Positions 9,739 through 19,267 of a stretch of 64,000 bases of DNA are shown piece by piece; position 1 is the first letter of the stretch, and every line of letters begins with the position of its first letter. Both the position numbers and the translations under genes were made by a program. The DNA is from an uncultured Chloroflexia bacterium (lineage in GTDB: Bacteria; Chloroflexota; Chloroflexia; QHBQ01; JADMIH01): assembly GCA_963797095.1 (NCBI GenBank), contig CAWCNY010000002.1:480001-544000 (forward strand), in the 5' to 3' direction. Below the pieces are notes generated by a model. The model ran no database searches. It saw only the letters and a list, made by a program, of their open reading frames with translations, and was not told the DNA's origin.

Positions 9739-11567
9739 CTAGAACGGCAAAGCTGGCTTGAGTAGCAACTCTTCCAAGTGTGACAGGTACAATTGGGGAT
9801 CCTTGCGGAACCGGAACTGTGCGCGCCTGGTGGCATGCCGGTACTCAAGCTCAGTTCGCAATTGCCTCCACTCCTTCCACGGGTCTGGTTCAGGTGCTGA
9901 GTTTGGCCTCATTGGTCCTGGTACGGGTACGGGTCGCAAGTCCTCCACCTGGTAACCCTGAGGTTGTGTAGCGGTAGCTACGGCTACAGCAACTGCTGTC
10001 AGCAAACGCACCCTGCCTCTCACCACCAAAGTAGCACTCCCCTGCTTACGTCCCGTGGCTCGCCTCTCGTGATGCCGAGCCACCCCAAAACAATGCTCCA
10101 GGTCGTTGTTGGTCTGAGGCAGGTCGGGCACATCATAGCAGTGGAACAGCCCACTCCAGTAGCTATCGGTCACTTTCAGAAAATGGTCGATCGCCGATCC
10201 TAAGGGACCAACCTCGCGCTTGTTGACTCTCATCTCTCCCAGCAACTGCTCGTACTGCGTCCTTACTTGTTCCCCACTGTGCCCCTCTCGATTAGCCAGC
10301 AGGTGCCCTGCTCGATGCACCCACTCGTAAGTCCGCTGGATGGTGGGCCACATTGAAGCGGTCCCGTGCAAACCCCGCTCGATTATGGCTGCCAATCGCT
10401 TCAGTTGAGGCGGCGTTGGTAGTCCAAGCTCCCCCTTTTTATGGCTACCCGCTCAAGCGAGGTGTGGATAGCTTGCAGACGCTCATACAGTTTCAGACCC
10501 GGAGCGCACAGAGGTGGCGGCCCATCCTCTGTAAGGGCACTGCGTACCGCCAGACAGTAACCAAGGATCGCCTTTCCCAAGTCCTGGGCCTCATGGTCTT
10601 TGTCTTTTTGCCGTTGCACAGCGTGTGAGGAGTTGTCGAGATGCGCTTGACCCTTCAGTTTGTCCTCGACACTGCGCTCTATGGCTCGTACCCCGCGCAC
10701 TTGCTTCTTCAGTTCTTTCTTGGCGTGCCGGTCGGCCTCATATATGGGTCGAGTAGCTTCCCGCAGATAATGGAACTGGCACAACTGGTGGGGCACTTTG
10801 GGCAGAGCCCCTTGTACAGCCAGCCGGATTGACCGCTCACCGTCCGAGATTACCCCACAGATGGATATGGGTTGTTCTCCTTCCCCTTCTCCTGGCTCCT
10901 CAAACGAGGCAAGTGCTTGTTGCACCTCGAAAAGCAGGGCCATCAGATCAGGATGAGCAGCACTCAACAAGGGGCGAGCCAACAGGATCTCACCAGACAG
11001 GCAATCGCGTATCACCCACAGCACTTCGTGTCCCATGTCCGGCTGCAGGCCGTCAATGGCCAGCACTACTCTGCCTTGTTCCCTTAGCCGCACCTTGAGC
11101 CGGTCATGGTCGGCCAGGTGCAGAGCCACGAGTTCCTCGTACCTCTCTATCAGATAGGTAACGGTGCGCTCAGCTATGCTCACTCCTCTCCCCAGCAGTT
11201 CCTTGTGGATCTCGGGCACTGAGCGATGCTGGGAGTAGCGCAAGGTGCCGATTAGGGTAATGATGTCCAGTCCGAACTCCCCTTGAGGCAGAGCCAGTGC
11301 TCCTTCCTCTTCTGGTCGATAAGGTCGGTGGTAAAGTGGGCAGTTCGGGTTATGGCAGCGGCGTATCTTGAGTGTCACTCTACACAGACCATGCAGTGTT
11401 ACCACAGTGCGGAAATTGTGGTAGCCCATCCAAAGGGAGCCACCGCAAGCCCAACAGATATCACTCAGAGGCTGCAATGTCAGGTGCGAGGCAGCTGCTG
11501 GTCGGCATTGTCTTCTTGTCATGGGTAGCCTCCCAACTGAAGATCTCAACCTCCTTGCCAGCATCAC
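9739..11567 (-). CDS. Transposase in two overlapping frames joined by -1 slippage at AAAAAGGGGG (10431-10440)
   Basis: ORF1 has LAIDG, ISDG, HQLCQFHYL; ORF2 has TNNDLE; the -1 frame is open from the A5G5 run into ORF2; the stop lies in the TIR. Confidence 0.82.
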
Positions 11568-11602
11568 TCGTGCCCTCGCTCAAGCCAGCTTTGCCGTTCT
11601 AG
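9739..11602 (-). mobile_element. Complete IS (1864 bp, family uncertain, ISNCY-like) with 24-bp perfect TIRs and T7 direct repeats
   Basis: ctagaacggcaaagctggcttgag at 9739-9762 and its reverse complement at 11579-11602; ttttttt at 9732-9738 and 11603-11609. Confidence 0.9.
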
Positions 11603-11621
11603 TTTTTTTGCAGATGGAAAT

Positions 11622-11637
11622 TAGTGACTATTCACTA
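11622..11637. promoter_or_regulatory. Putative second TetR operator TAGTGA-N4-TCACTA
   Basis: Palindrome sharing TAGTG...CACTA with the site at 9148-9165. Confidence 0.6.
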
Positions 11638-11655
11638 TATAAGAGGAGTATTGAG

Positions 11656-13074
11656 ATGGAAACAAGTACAAGAAGCCGCTGGTGGACATTCGGGATAGTA
11701 TCGCTGGCCCTGTTTATGGCTATGCTGGATAACCTCGTTGTTACCACGGCCCTGCCTTCTATCAGGAAGGCGCTTGATGCTAATGTGTCTGACCTTCAAT
11801 GGACAGTGGATGCCTACACGCTGGCCTTCACCATAATGATGTTGCCTGCCACCGCCCTGGGCGACAGGTGGGGCCGCAAGCGCTTCTTCCTGGCAGGCGT
11901 GATGCTCTTCACACTGGGGTCGACACTCGCAGCAATGTCGGCAGGTGCGGGTATGCTGAGTGTGGCCCGTGCGATACAGGGCACGGGCGCGGGCTTCATG
12001 ACACCGCTCACACTGACCTTGCTCACGCAAGCCTTTCCCATATCGCAACGTGCTGCCGCGATCGGACTCAGGTCGGGTGTATCGGGGTTGGGCCTGGCTG
12101 CTGGCCCGCTCTTGGGCGGTGCTATCGTGGAAGGGCTGACCTGGAACGCCGTATTCTGGGTGAACGTGCCCACGGGCATATTACTGTTGATACTGGGTTA
12201 TGTGCGCCTGGGCGAATCACGCGGCGAGAGCCGGGCGCTGGATCTGCCGGGCATCGGGATAGTGAGCGCTGGCCTCTTTGGGTTGGTCTACGGGCTGATT
12301 CACAGCAACAGCATGGGTTGGGGCAACGCTCAGATCATCGTTTCGCTGGCAGCGGGCGTGGTGCTGTTAGCCGCGTTCATAGTGCGTGAGCGCACCGCCG
12401 CCTCGCCCATGATTGACCTGAACCTGTTCAGGAAACGCACCTTTTCCATAGCCAACTCGGTCGGCTTTTTGATGAGCTTCGGGATGTTCGGCTCAATCTT
12501 CCTGATTACCCTCTTTGTGCAGGAGATTCAGAGCGCGACCCCGCTTGACGCCGGTCTCCGCACCATGCCCTGGACGGCCACTATTATGCTGGTCGCGCCG
12601 CTGGCGGGTCTCCTTACAAGCAGGCTCGGAGCGCGTCCGATAGTGGTCACGGGAATGATTGCTATGACCGCCGCCCTATTCTGGATGGGTACGGTCGCCG
12701 AGCGCGCTACGCCCTACACAAGCTTGCTACCTGCGTTCATCCTGGCGGGTCTTGGGATGGGTCTCACGTTCGCACCGCTCTCGGCTACGGTCATGGGAGC
12801 CGCTCGTGGCACTCAGCAGGGCCAGGCGTCCGGTGTATACAACACAGTGCGCGAGCTGGGCGGTGTATTCGGCGTAGCGATCCTGGGCACGATCTTCCAG
12901 GGTTACGCAACCAATACGCTGGCGGGTTTTGTCGATGGGTTCCACGCGTCCCTGCTCGCAGGCTCAGCCTTCCTGGCCCTGAGCGTGCTGATCTCCATCT
13001 TCCTACCAGGGCGCATCCACGCTCCCGCCCAGGAACAAGACGAGCCTGTTCCGGTGTATGTAGAAGCGGCGTAG
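11656..13074 (+). CDS. DHA2 (EmrB/QacA) family MFS efflux transporter
   Basis: About 14 TM segments, LDNLVVTTALP, GDRWGRKR, WVNVP; gaggag RBS before ATG 11656. Confidence 0.92.
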   Translation: METSTRSRWWTFGIVSLALFMAMLDNLVVTTALPSIRKALDANVSDLQWTVDAYTLAFTIMMLPATALGDRWGRKRFFLAGVMLFTLGSTLAAMSAGAGMLSVARAIQGTGAGFMTPLTLTLLTQAFPISQRAAAIGLRSGVSGLGLAAGPLLGGAIVEGLTWNAVFWVNVPTGILLLILGYVRLGESRGESRALDLPGIGIVSAGLFGLVYGLIHSNSMGWGNAQIIVSLAAGVVLLAAFIVRERTAASPMIDLNLFRKRTFSIANSVGFLMSFGMFGSIFLITLFVQEIQSATPLDAGLRTMPWTATIMLVAPLAGLLTSRLGARPIVVTGMIAMTAALFWMGTVAERATPYTSLLPAFILAGLGMGLTFAPLSATVMGAARGTQQGQASGVYNTVRELGGVFGVAILGTIFQGYATNTLAGFVDGFHASLLAGSAFLALSVLISIFLPGRIHAPAQEQDEPVPVYVEAA

Positions 13075-13075
13075 A

Positions 13076-13163
13076 TTGGTAATCGGTAATCGGTAATCGG
13101 TAGTCGGAAGACGATAATTGTTGGTTCCGATTACCGACTACCGATTACCGATTACCGACTACC
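13076..13163. repeat. Inverted heptamer-repeat hairpin (ggtaatc)n ... (gattacc/gactacc)n
   Basis: Left and right arrays are reverse complements. Confidence 0.88.
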
Positions 13164-13167
13164 TTCT

Positions 13168-13196
13168 TTGACACTCCCCCACCCTTGTGCTATCCT
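13168..13196 (+). promoter_or_regulatory. Sigma70 promoter TTGACA-17-TATCCT with extended -10 TG
   Basis: Near-consensus match upstream of rfbA. Confidence 0.65.
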
Positions 13197-13227
13197 TTCG
13201 TGGAAAAACCTTGAGGTGGGAGGGTTT

Positions 13228-14295
13228 GTGAAAGGACTCATTCTGAGTGGTGGCAAGGGCACGCGGCTCCGCCCGATCACGTATACCAGCGCCAAGCAAC
13301 TCGTGCCCGTGGCGAACAAGCCGGTCCTCTTCTATACTATCGAAGACCTGGTGAACTCCGGTATCACCGACATCGGCATCATAGTCGGCGACACTCGCGC
13401 CGAGATCAAAGCCGCCGTAGGCTCAGGCGATCGCTGGGGAGCCAACATAACATTCATCGAGCAGCCGGAGCCTCTTGGCCTTGCCCATGCGGTGATGGTT
13501 GCCGAGGATTATCTTGGCGACGACCCCTTTGTAATGTACCTGGGCGACAATATGCTCGAAGACCGCATCGCTCCCTTCGTTGACGAGTTTCGCGAAGGCG
13601 GGTGGGATTGCCAGGTCTTGCTCAAGAAGGTCACCAACTGGCAGCAGCTAGGCGTGGCCGAGCTATCCGATGATGGTCGTGTCAAAAGACTGGTCGAAAA
13701 ACCCCAGACCTACGTCAGCGACCTGGCCCTCGTAGGCATCTACATGTTCGACAGCCACATCTTCGAGGCTGTACACAACATCAAGCCCTCCTGGCGCAAC
13801 GAATACGAGATCACCGACGCCATCCAGTATCTGCTGGACCACGGCTATCACGTCCATCCCCACGTGCTCGAAGGTTGGTGGATCGATACAGGCAAGTTGG
13901 AAGATATGCTCCAGGTCAACCACCTCGTTCTCGATAAGCTGGCCCCACGTATCGACGGGTTCGTGGATGCCGACAGCGCGGTCCAGGGCAAGGTGGTGAT
14001 CGAAAAAGGGGCCGAGATCATCAACTCCAGGATCAGAGGACCCGTAGTCATCGGGGCCAACACCCGCATCGTCAACTCCTACGTCGGGCCATACACAGCA
14101 ATCAACTATGGCTGCACGGTCACCGACAGCGAAGTGGAGCACTCCATCATCCTGGAAAACAGCCGGGTGATAGACATCCCAGGCAGGCTCGCCGACAGCC
14201 TTATAGGCAGAAATGTAGAGATAGCCCGCTCACCGATCAAACCAAAGGCATACAAAATGCTGTTGGGTGATAACAGCAACGTAGGCGTATTGTAG
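13228..14295 (+). CDS. rfbA: Glucose-1-phosphate thymidylyltransferase (long form)
   Basis: GGKGTRLRPITYTSAKQLVPVANKP, EKP, EITDA; C-terminal beta-helix; GTG start after ggaggg. Confidence 0.93.
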   Translation: MKGLILSGGKGTRLRPITYTSAKQLVPVANKPVLFYTIEDLVNSGITDIGIIVGDTRAEIKAAVGSGDRWGANITFIEQPEPLGLAHAVMVAEDYLGDDPFVMYLGDNMLEDRIAPFVDEFREGGWDCQVLLKKVTNWQQLGVAELSDDGRVKRLVEKPQTYVSDLALVGIYMFDSHIFEAVHNIKPSWRNEYEITDAIQYLLDHGYHVHPHVLEGWWIDTGKLEDMLQVNHLVLDKLAPRIDGFVDADSAVQGKVVIEKGAEIINSRIRGPVVIGANTRIVNSYVGPYTAINYGCTVTDSEVEHSIILENSRVIDIPGRLADSLIGRNVEIARSPIKPKAYKMLLGDNSNVGVL

Positions 14296-14392
14296 TTGGT
14301 ATTCAGTAGTCGGAAACTGGCTGTTACGAACCACACCGGTTACTCAGGAACCAACAAGCCCCGACTACCGGCTACTGACTACCGGCTACCGG
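14296..14392. repeat. Heptamer-repeat element (gtagtcg ... ctaccgg/ctactga arrays)
   Basis: cagtagtcgg pairs with ccgactaccg; 7-nt periodicity. Confidence 0.7.
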
Positions 14393-14405
14393 AAAAGGAC
14401 CCGCC

Positions 14406-14948
14406 GTGGACGAACTTTCCGAAAACATCATCGAACGCGAGACGGCATTGGCGAACTTCGATCATGCGCGAGACGATTTCATACGGGCTTTCTCTCAGAT
14501 GCCCGACAAGGCCCTTTCATATAAACCCGATGGCGATGAATATTCAATCGGCGATCTTGTCCCGCACGTCATCGGCTCGATCAACATGTACACAGTCGTT
14601 CTTGACACGATGACCAATCTAGGTTGGGCTTTGAGCCGCCCCTATGAGGGCGTGCCCCGCCAGGCAATGCAGGACCACGCCGCCGAGATGCAGGCTATCT
14701 ATACTGGGGGCGGAGGCCGCGATGCCATCACCGACGAACTGGAGAAAGCACACGATCAATTAGCCTCCAAATTGCGCGAGTTGGCCCATGAAGATTACTC
14801 CAGGAAAGCGCCCGTCTATTACCCATCATCCGAGGAGCCATACCCCACCAGCGCCGCCGACCTACTCGATTGGCTAACCGAGCACTATAAGGAACACATA
14901 GCCCAACTCTGGCAACTGAGAAAGGATTGGGAGAAGAGGAAGAAGTGA
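14406..14948 (+). CDS. DinB/YfiT superfamily protein
   Basis: YSIGDLVPH and HYKEH metal-binding pattern. Confidence 0.78.
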   Translation: MDELSENIIERETALANFDHARDDFIRAFSQMPDKALSYKPDGDEYSIGDLVPHVIGSINMYTVVLDTMTNLGWALSRPYEGVPRQAMQDHAAEMQAIYTGGGGRDAITDELEKAHDQLASKLRELAHEDYSRKAPVYYPSSEEPYPTSAADLLDWLTEHYKEHIAQLWQLRKDWEKRKK

Positions 14949-14950
14949 AA

Positions 14951-15036
14951 AGTGACGAGTAACGAGTGACGAGTAATGGGGGGACTGAATACGCAGTACG
15001 AAATACGAAGTACGCAGTTATCACTCGTCACTCGTC
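14951..15036. repeat. Nested heptamer element (agtgacg)n-(aatacgc/agtacgc)n-(cactcgt)n
   Basis: Outer arms are complementary; the inner array has a different heptamer. Confidence 0.85.
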
Positions 15037-16161
15037 ATGTATCAGAAGGAGCAACCTAACTTGCAGAAGCTACTGGTCACGGGTGGAGCCGGGTTCATCG
15101 GCAGCAACTTCGCCCGTATGATCCTCAATAAATACCCCGATTACCATGTGATGGTGTACGACAAGTTCACCTACGCGGGCAATCCCGATAACCTTCAAGA
15201 CCTGCACGATGTCTCACGTTTCAACGTCATCAAAGGCGATATCGCCGACGCCGAAAAGGTCAACGACACAATCAAGACCTACGGTATCGACACTATCGTC
15301 AACTTCGCAGCCGAGTCGCACGTTGACCGCTCAATCGAGGAGCCGGGTGGCTTTATCCAGACCGATGTATACGGCGTCTACGTCCTCCTCGAAGCCACTC
15401 GTAAGTTTGGACTTGAGCGCTTTCTACAGGTGTCCACCGACGAAGTGTACGGCGCGGTGCTCGAAGGCTCCTCCAAAGAGACCGACCTGCTCCAGCCGCG
15501 CTCTCCCTACTCAGCATCCAAGGCGGGTGGTGAGCTACTGGCCCATGCGTATTACGTGACCTACGAGACGCCAACCCTTGTCACGCGTGGCTCCAACACC
15601 TATGGGCCTTACCAGTATCCCGAAAAGATGCTCCCCCTGTTCATCACCAACGCAATCGAAGACAAGCCTATACCGATGTACGGCGATGGCCTCTACGTGC
15701 GCGACTGGATGCATGTGCTTGATCATTGCGCGGGGATCGACCTCGTCCTGCATGAAGGTAAGTTAGGCGAAACATACAATGTGGGTGGCGGCAACGAGCA
15801 CCCCAACATTGAAGTGACCTACAAAGTTCTCGAAAGGCTCGGCAAGCCGCGCTCCCTGATCAACTTCGTTCAGGACCGCCCAGGCCATGACCGCCGTTAC
15901 TCGGTAGATACCACCAAGATCCGCGCTTTGGGTTGGGAGCCTCATGTTCCTTTCGAGGATGGACTGGCAGGCACTGTAGATTGGTATCGCGAGAACGACT
16001 GGTGGTGGAAGAAGATCAAGTCGGGCGAATTCGCCGAATACTACGCCCGCATGTACGAGCAGCGCACCGTCCTCAAGAAGCACGATGACGATCAAGAAGG
16101 AGAACCCCAGGAAGAGACAAAAGACAACTCACAACCCGAAACTGACAACCCTCCTGCTTGA
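15037..16161 (+). CDS. rfbB: dTDP-glucose 4,6-dehydratase
   Basis: TGGAGFIG, AAESHVDRS, STDEVYG, YSASK, DRPGHDRRY; start may be TTG at 15061. Confidence 0.95.
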   Translation: MYQKEQPNLQKLLVTGGAGFIGSNFARMILNKYPDYHVMVYDKFTYAGNPDNLQDLHDVSRFNVIKGDIADAEKVNDTIKTYGIDTIVNFAAESHVDRSIEEPGGFIQTDVYGVYVLLEATRKFGLERFLQVSTDEVYGAVLEGSSKETDLLQPRSPYSASKAGGELLAHAYYVTYETPTLVTRGSNTYGPYQYPEKMLPLFITNAIEDKPIPMYGDGLYVRDWMHVLDHCAGIDLVLHEGKLGETYNVGGGNEHPNIEVTYKVLERLGKPRSLINFVQDRPGHDRRYSVDTTKIRALGWEPHVPFEDGLAGTVDWYRENDWWWKKIKSGEFAEYYARMYEQRTVLKKHDDDQEGEPQEETKDNSQPETDNPPA

Positions 16162-16250
16162 TTTTTTGCCCTGAAAAGTGCGATGATAGAGCCACTCAAT
16201 CCCACTCGGCAACCGGCTTCTCGCGTCTGACTTCCATACAAGGTGCTGTG

Positions 16251-17168
16251 ATGAAGAGCGAAAAGAAAACCGAAAAGACTCACAAGCCCGGCAAACAGAG
16301 CGCAAAAGCCCGTCCGCCTGCATCTGTAGTTGAAGAAACGGACGAGCCGGGCCGCAAGTGGCTCAACAGGGAATTCTATGAGGCAGAGCTTGCGCGCCTG
16401 CAATATGAGCTGGTGAAGATGCAGTACTGGCTCAAAGAGACGGGCACCCGCGTCGTGCTCATCTTCGAGGGACGCGATGCCGCCGGTAAAGGCGGCCTTA
16501 TCCAGCGCATTATCGCTCCCTTGAACCCCCGTGGCGTGCGGTTGGTGGCGCTAAACAAGCCCTCAGATGTCGAGCGCACCCAGTGGTATTTCCAGCGCTA
16601 TGTCGAGCATCTACCGGCAGCGGGCGAGCTAGTGATATTCGACAGAAGCTGGTACAACCGCGCCGGTGTAGAGCGAGTGATGGGTTTCTGCACCGATGCC
16701 GAGTACTGGTATTTCCTCGATGCATGTCCCTTGTTCGAGCGAATGCTGGTGCGCTCCGGCATCCTTCTTTTGAAGTACTGGCTGTCGGTCAGCGATGAGG
16801 AACAAGAGCGGCGCTTTCATGGACGAGCACAGGACCCCACCCGGCGCTGGAAGCTAAGCCCTATAGACATAGAGTCGCGCGATAAGTGGGTGGAGTTCTC
16901 CAAGGCGAAGGACATCATGTTCAGCCATACCGACATCCCGGAAGCGCGCTGGTATCAGGTAGAGTCGGACGACAAACGTCGCGCCCGCCTCTCATGTATT
17001 CGCCATCTGCTCACCATGATCCCTTACGAGGATGTCACTCCCCCACCGATTGAGTTGCCTCCCCGCCCACCTGCGGACACGCAATATACCCGCCCACCAC
17101 GCGAAAGCCATCTGATAGTGCCGGATTACTATTCGGGGGACGAGTGGCGAAAGTCGAGTGGCGAGTGA
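16251..17168 (+). CDS. ppk2: Polyphosphate kinase 2
   Basis: EGRDAAGKGG, FDRSWYNRAGVERVMGF, WKLSP. Confidence 0.95.
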   Translation: MKSEKKTEKTHKPGKQSAKARPPASVVEETDEPGRKWLNREFYEAELARLQYELVKMQYWLKETGTRVVLIFEGRDAAGKGGLIQRIIAPLNPRGVRLVALNKPSDVERTQWYFQRYVEHLPAAGELVIFDRSWYNRAGVERVMGFCTDAEYWYFLDACPLFERMLVRSGILLLKYWLSVSDEEQERRFHGRAQDPTRRWKLSPIDIESRDKWVEFSKAKDIMFSHTDIPEARWYQVESDDKRRARLSCIRHLLTMIPYEDVTPPPIELPPRPPADTQYTRPPRESHLIVPDYYSGDEWRKSSGE

Positions 17169-17233
17169 CGAGTGACGAAAGTCGAGTGACGAGTGAGCAG
17201 GAACCAGGAACTATTCGTCACTCGTCACTCGTC
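17153..17233. repeat. Inverted heptamer element overlapping the ppk2 stop
   Basis: (gagtgac)n ... (tcgtcac)n with inner ggaacca units. Confidence 0.8.
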
Positions 17234-17241
17234 AGCTTCCC

Positions 17242-18273
17242 CTATTTCATCTCAACCGTTCCATGCAGCATACAATGGTCGCTGCCGTGAGGTGAGCAAT
17301 CAATGCTTGTCGAGAGCGGGGTCACATTGGGGCTTGAGAGAATATAGTCGATCCGCAGCAAGCCGAAGGGCTGGTTCATTATCTGGCTTGGCCTCCACGT
17401 AGCGCCTATGCCCGTGCCAACCGCCTTCTGCGCGTCAATAAGACCTGCCGACAGGTCGTTGTACGCCGGTTCGCGCTCCGTTACGTTGAAATCGCCCATC
17501 AGTAGAACGGCTTCCCCTGTCTTCAGATAGGTCGACACAAAACCATTTATCAGAGCGATCTGCGCGTCCCTTCTCGATGTATCGTAGCAGTTGCTGGGGA
17601 ACATCTGCCTGGTGCAAAGCTGCCCGGTAGGTGGATGCGCCACTACTACAACCACGCTCTGCCCTAACCCCACATCCAGGCGCGCCCACGCGGCCCTTGG
17701 CGTGCCCGCCCACACTTCTGACAACTCATCGACGATCCCTTGCTCGATAATGGGGTAGATACTCAATAGTGCCTCTCCCGTAGAGGGAGTACCAGCTTGC
17801 ACGCCCCACCTGTTAGGATAAGTCTTCGCCACCTCAGGATCGGTTGACAGCTTTTTCCAATCAGCCTCCACAAGCCCCACGATGGCGGCTGGCCTGGTAT
17901 CCAGCACCCTCGCCACCTCGTCGTAATCGTCACCCACCATCACGTTCCAACTCATCACGCTCAGGTTGATAGCGCCTGGGGTCTCCACAGGTGCGGCAGA
18001 GATAAGCTTCGGTGGGAAGCGCACCCCGTAAACTAAGGCGCAAACGACCAGCATAACGCGCAGCACAGCCGCCCCTCTCATGAAGGCGAAGGGCAGCAGC
18101 ATTACCAGCGGTAGGAACAGATACGGTGCGAATACTTCGCTAAGGCCCAACAAACCCGTGCGGCGTGGCTGCACGGTGTTCATCACCGAAAGGACTAACA
18201 GGAAAAGGGGGTAAATAGAGGCAGCTGCAAAAACCAGCCGGCGAAACGATCTTCTTGTACCTGATAACTGCAT
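17242..18273 (-). CDS. Membrane-anchored endonuclease/exonuclease/phosphatase family protein
   Basis: N-terminal TM helices; SWN, GDFN, RIDYI and GSDH motifs. Confidence 0.88.
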   Translation of the reverse strand: MQLSGTRRSFRRLVFAAASIYPLFLLVLSVMNTVQPRRTGLLGLSEVFAPYLFLPLVMLLPFAFMRGAAVLRVMLVVCALVYGVRFPPKLISAAPVETPGAINLSVMSWNVMVGDDYDEVARVLDTRPAAIVGLVEADWKKLSTDPEVAKTYPNRWGVQAGTPSTGEALLSIYPIIEQGIVDELSEVWAGTPRAAWARLDVGLGQSVVVVVAHPPTGQLCTRQMFPSNCYDTSRRDAQIALINGFVSTYLKTGEAVLLMGDFNVTEREPAYNDLSAGLIDAQKAVGTGIGATWRPSQIMNQPFGLLRIDYILSSPNVTPLSTSIDCSPHGSDHCMLHGTVEMK

Positions 18274-18538
18274 CAATAATTGTCTTCTTTACCGGTAAAC
18301 GTCCGGGCCGTAGATAATGTTACAACGTATGGTGTAAGAACCCGGTTGCTCACCGCCCAACCATAAACTACAATACAGCCAGGAAGCACATCCTCACAAG
18401 CACACAAATAGCTATTTTGGGCGTATCGAGTGCTTATCTTCCGGGCCGTTTTCGGGGTTGATCAGGTTACCCTGTGGATAACTCCGAAGGTTGCGCATAT
18501 TACTTCTCACATACTCCTTTTATCGATCCCTAATACTG

Positions 18539-19267
18539 ATGGACGTACAACTCGCCGTCGCCAAGACAAACAAATATGCAAGCCGTGAAAGCGGCGACAC
18601 CGTCGAGGTTATCGAGCGCCCGCACGGTGGCTTTTCCGTAGTGCTGGCCGATGGGCAGGGCAGCGGGCGCTCGGCCAAGAACCTCTCACATATGGTCACC
18701 ACCAAAGCCGTCAGTATGATCAAAGATGGTGCGCGTGATGGCGCTGTAGCCCGCGCAGCGCACGATTATCTCTACGCCTACAGGGGCGGCAAAGTCTCAG
18801 CTACCCTTGTGATCGTATCCATAGACCTTGCAACTAATACCCTCGTTTTCTCCCGCAACAGCCACTGCCCGATACTTCTGTCTCTCCCTGGCGAGCAGGA
18901 CCTTACCGTGCTTGAGGATGCCTCCAACCCCATCGGCATATACGCCATGACTAAACCCGTGATAACCGAGCTACCCCTCCGGGTAGACACCTACGCCGTC
19001 ACCTACTCAGATGGCCTGATGGAAGCAGGCAAGCGCGACAACCGCCCCGTTGATCTGGTCGCGCTCTTCCGCCAGGCGCTGGCGGATGGCCTCCACGAAG
19101 CCGACCGGATCGCGGGCTTTTTGCTCGCCCAGGCCCTGGAAGCCGACGCCAATCGCCCTGCCGACGATATGGCAGTGCTCGCGCTGGCGATCCGCCCACG
19201 AGAGGAGCAAGCGCCCCGTAGCATCGTGCCCCAGGTCAGGCGGCTTGATATGAGGGTGCCGATTTGA
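18539..19267 (+). CDS. PP2C/SpoIIE-type phosphatase
   Basis: SGD, ADGQGSG, YSDG and DD motifs. Confidence 0.87.
   Translation: MDVQLAVAKTNKYASRESGDTVEVIERPHGGFSVVLADGQGSGRSAKNLSHMVTTKAVSMIKDGARDGAVARAAHDYLYAYRGGKVSATLVIVSIDLATNTLVFSRNSHCPILLSLPGEQDLTVLEDASNPIGIYAMTKPVITELPLRVDTYAVTYSDGLMEAGKRDNRPVDLVALFRQALADGLHEADRIAGFLLAQALEADANRPADDMAVLALAIRPREEQAPRSIVPQVRRLDMRVPI

Noticed and set aside
11521-11655. N-terminal extension of the MFS ORF
   Set aside because: It begins inside the IS terminus; the RBS supports a start at 11656
16158-16250. Upstream TTG start for ppk2 (likewise the track starts at 13168, 18491 and 44750)
   Set aside because: Extensions look non-conserved or overlap promoters; downstream starts fit better
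18473-18481. Perfect DnaA box (TGTGGATAA) as oriC
   Set aside because: Single box with no cluster, no AT-rich unwinding element and no dnaA or dnaN nearby
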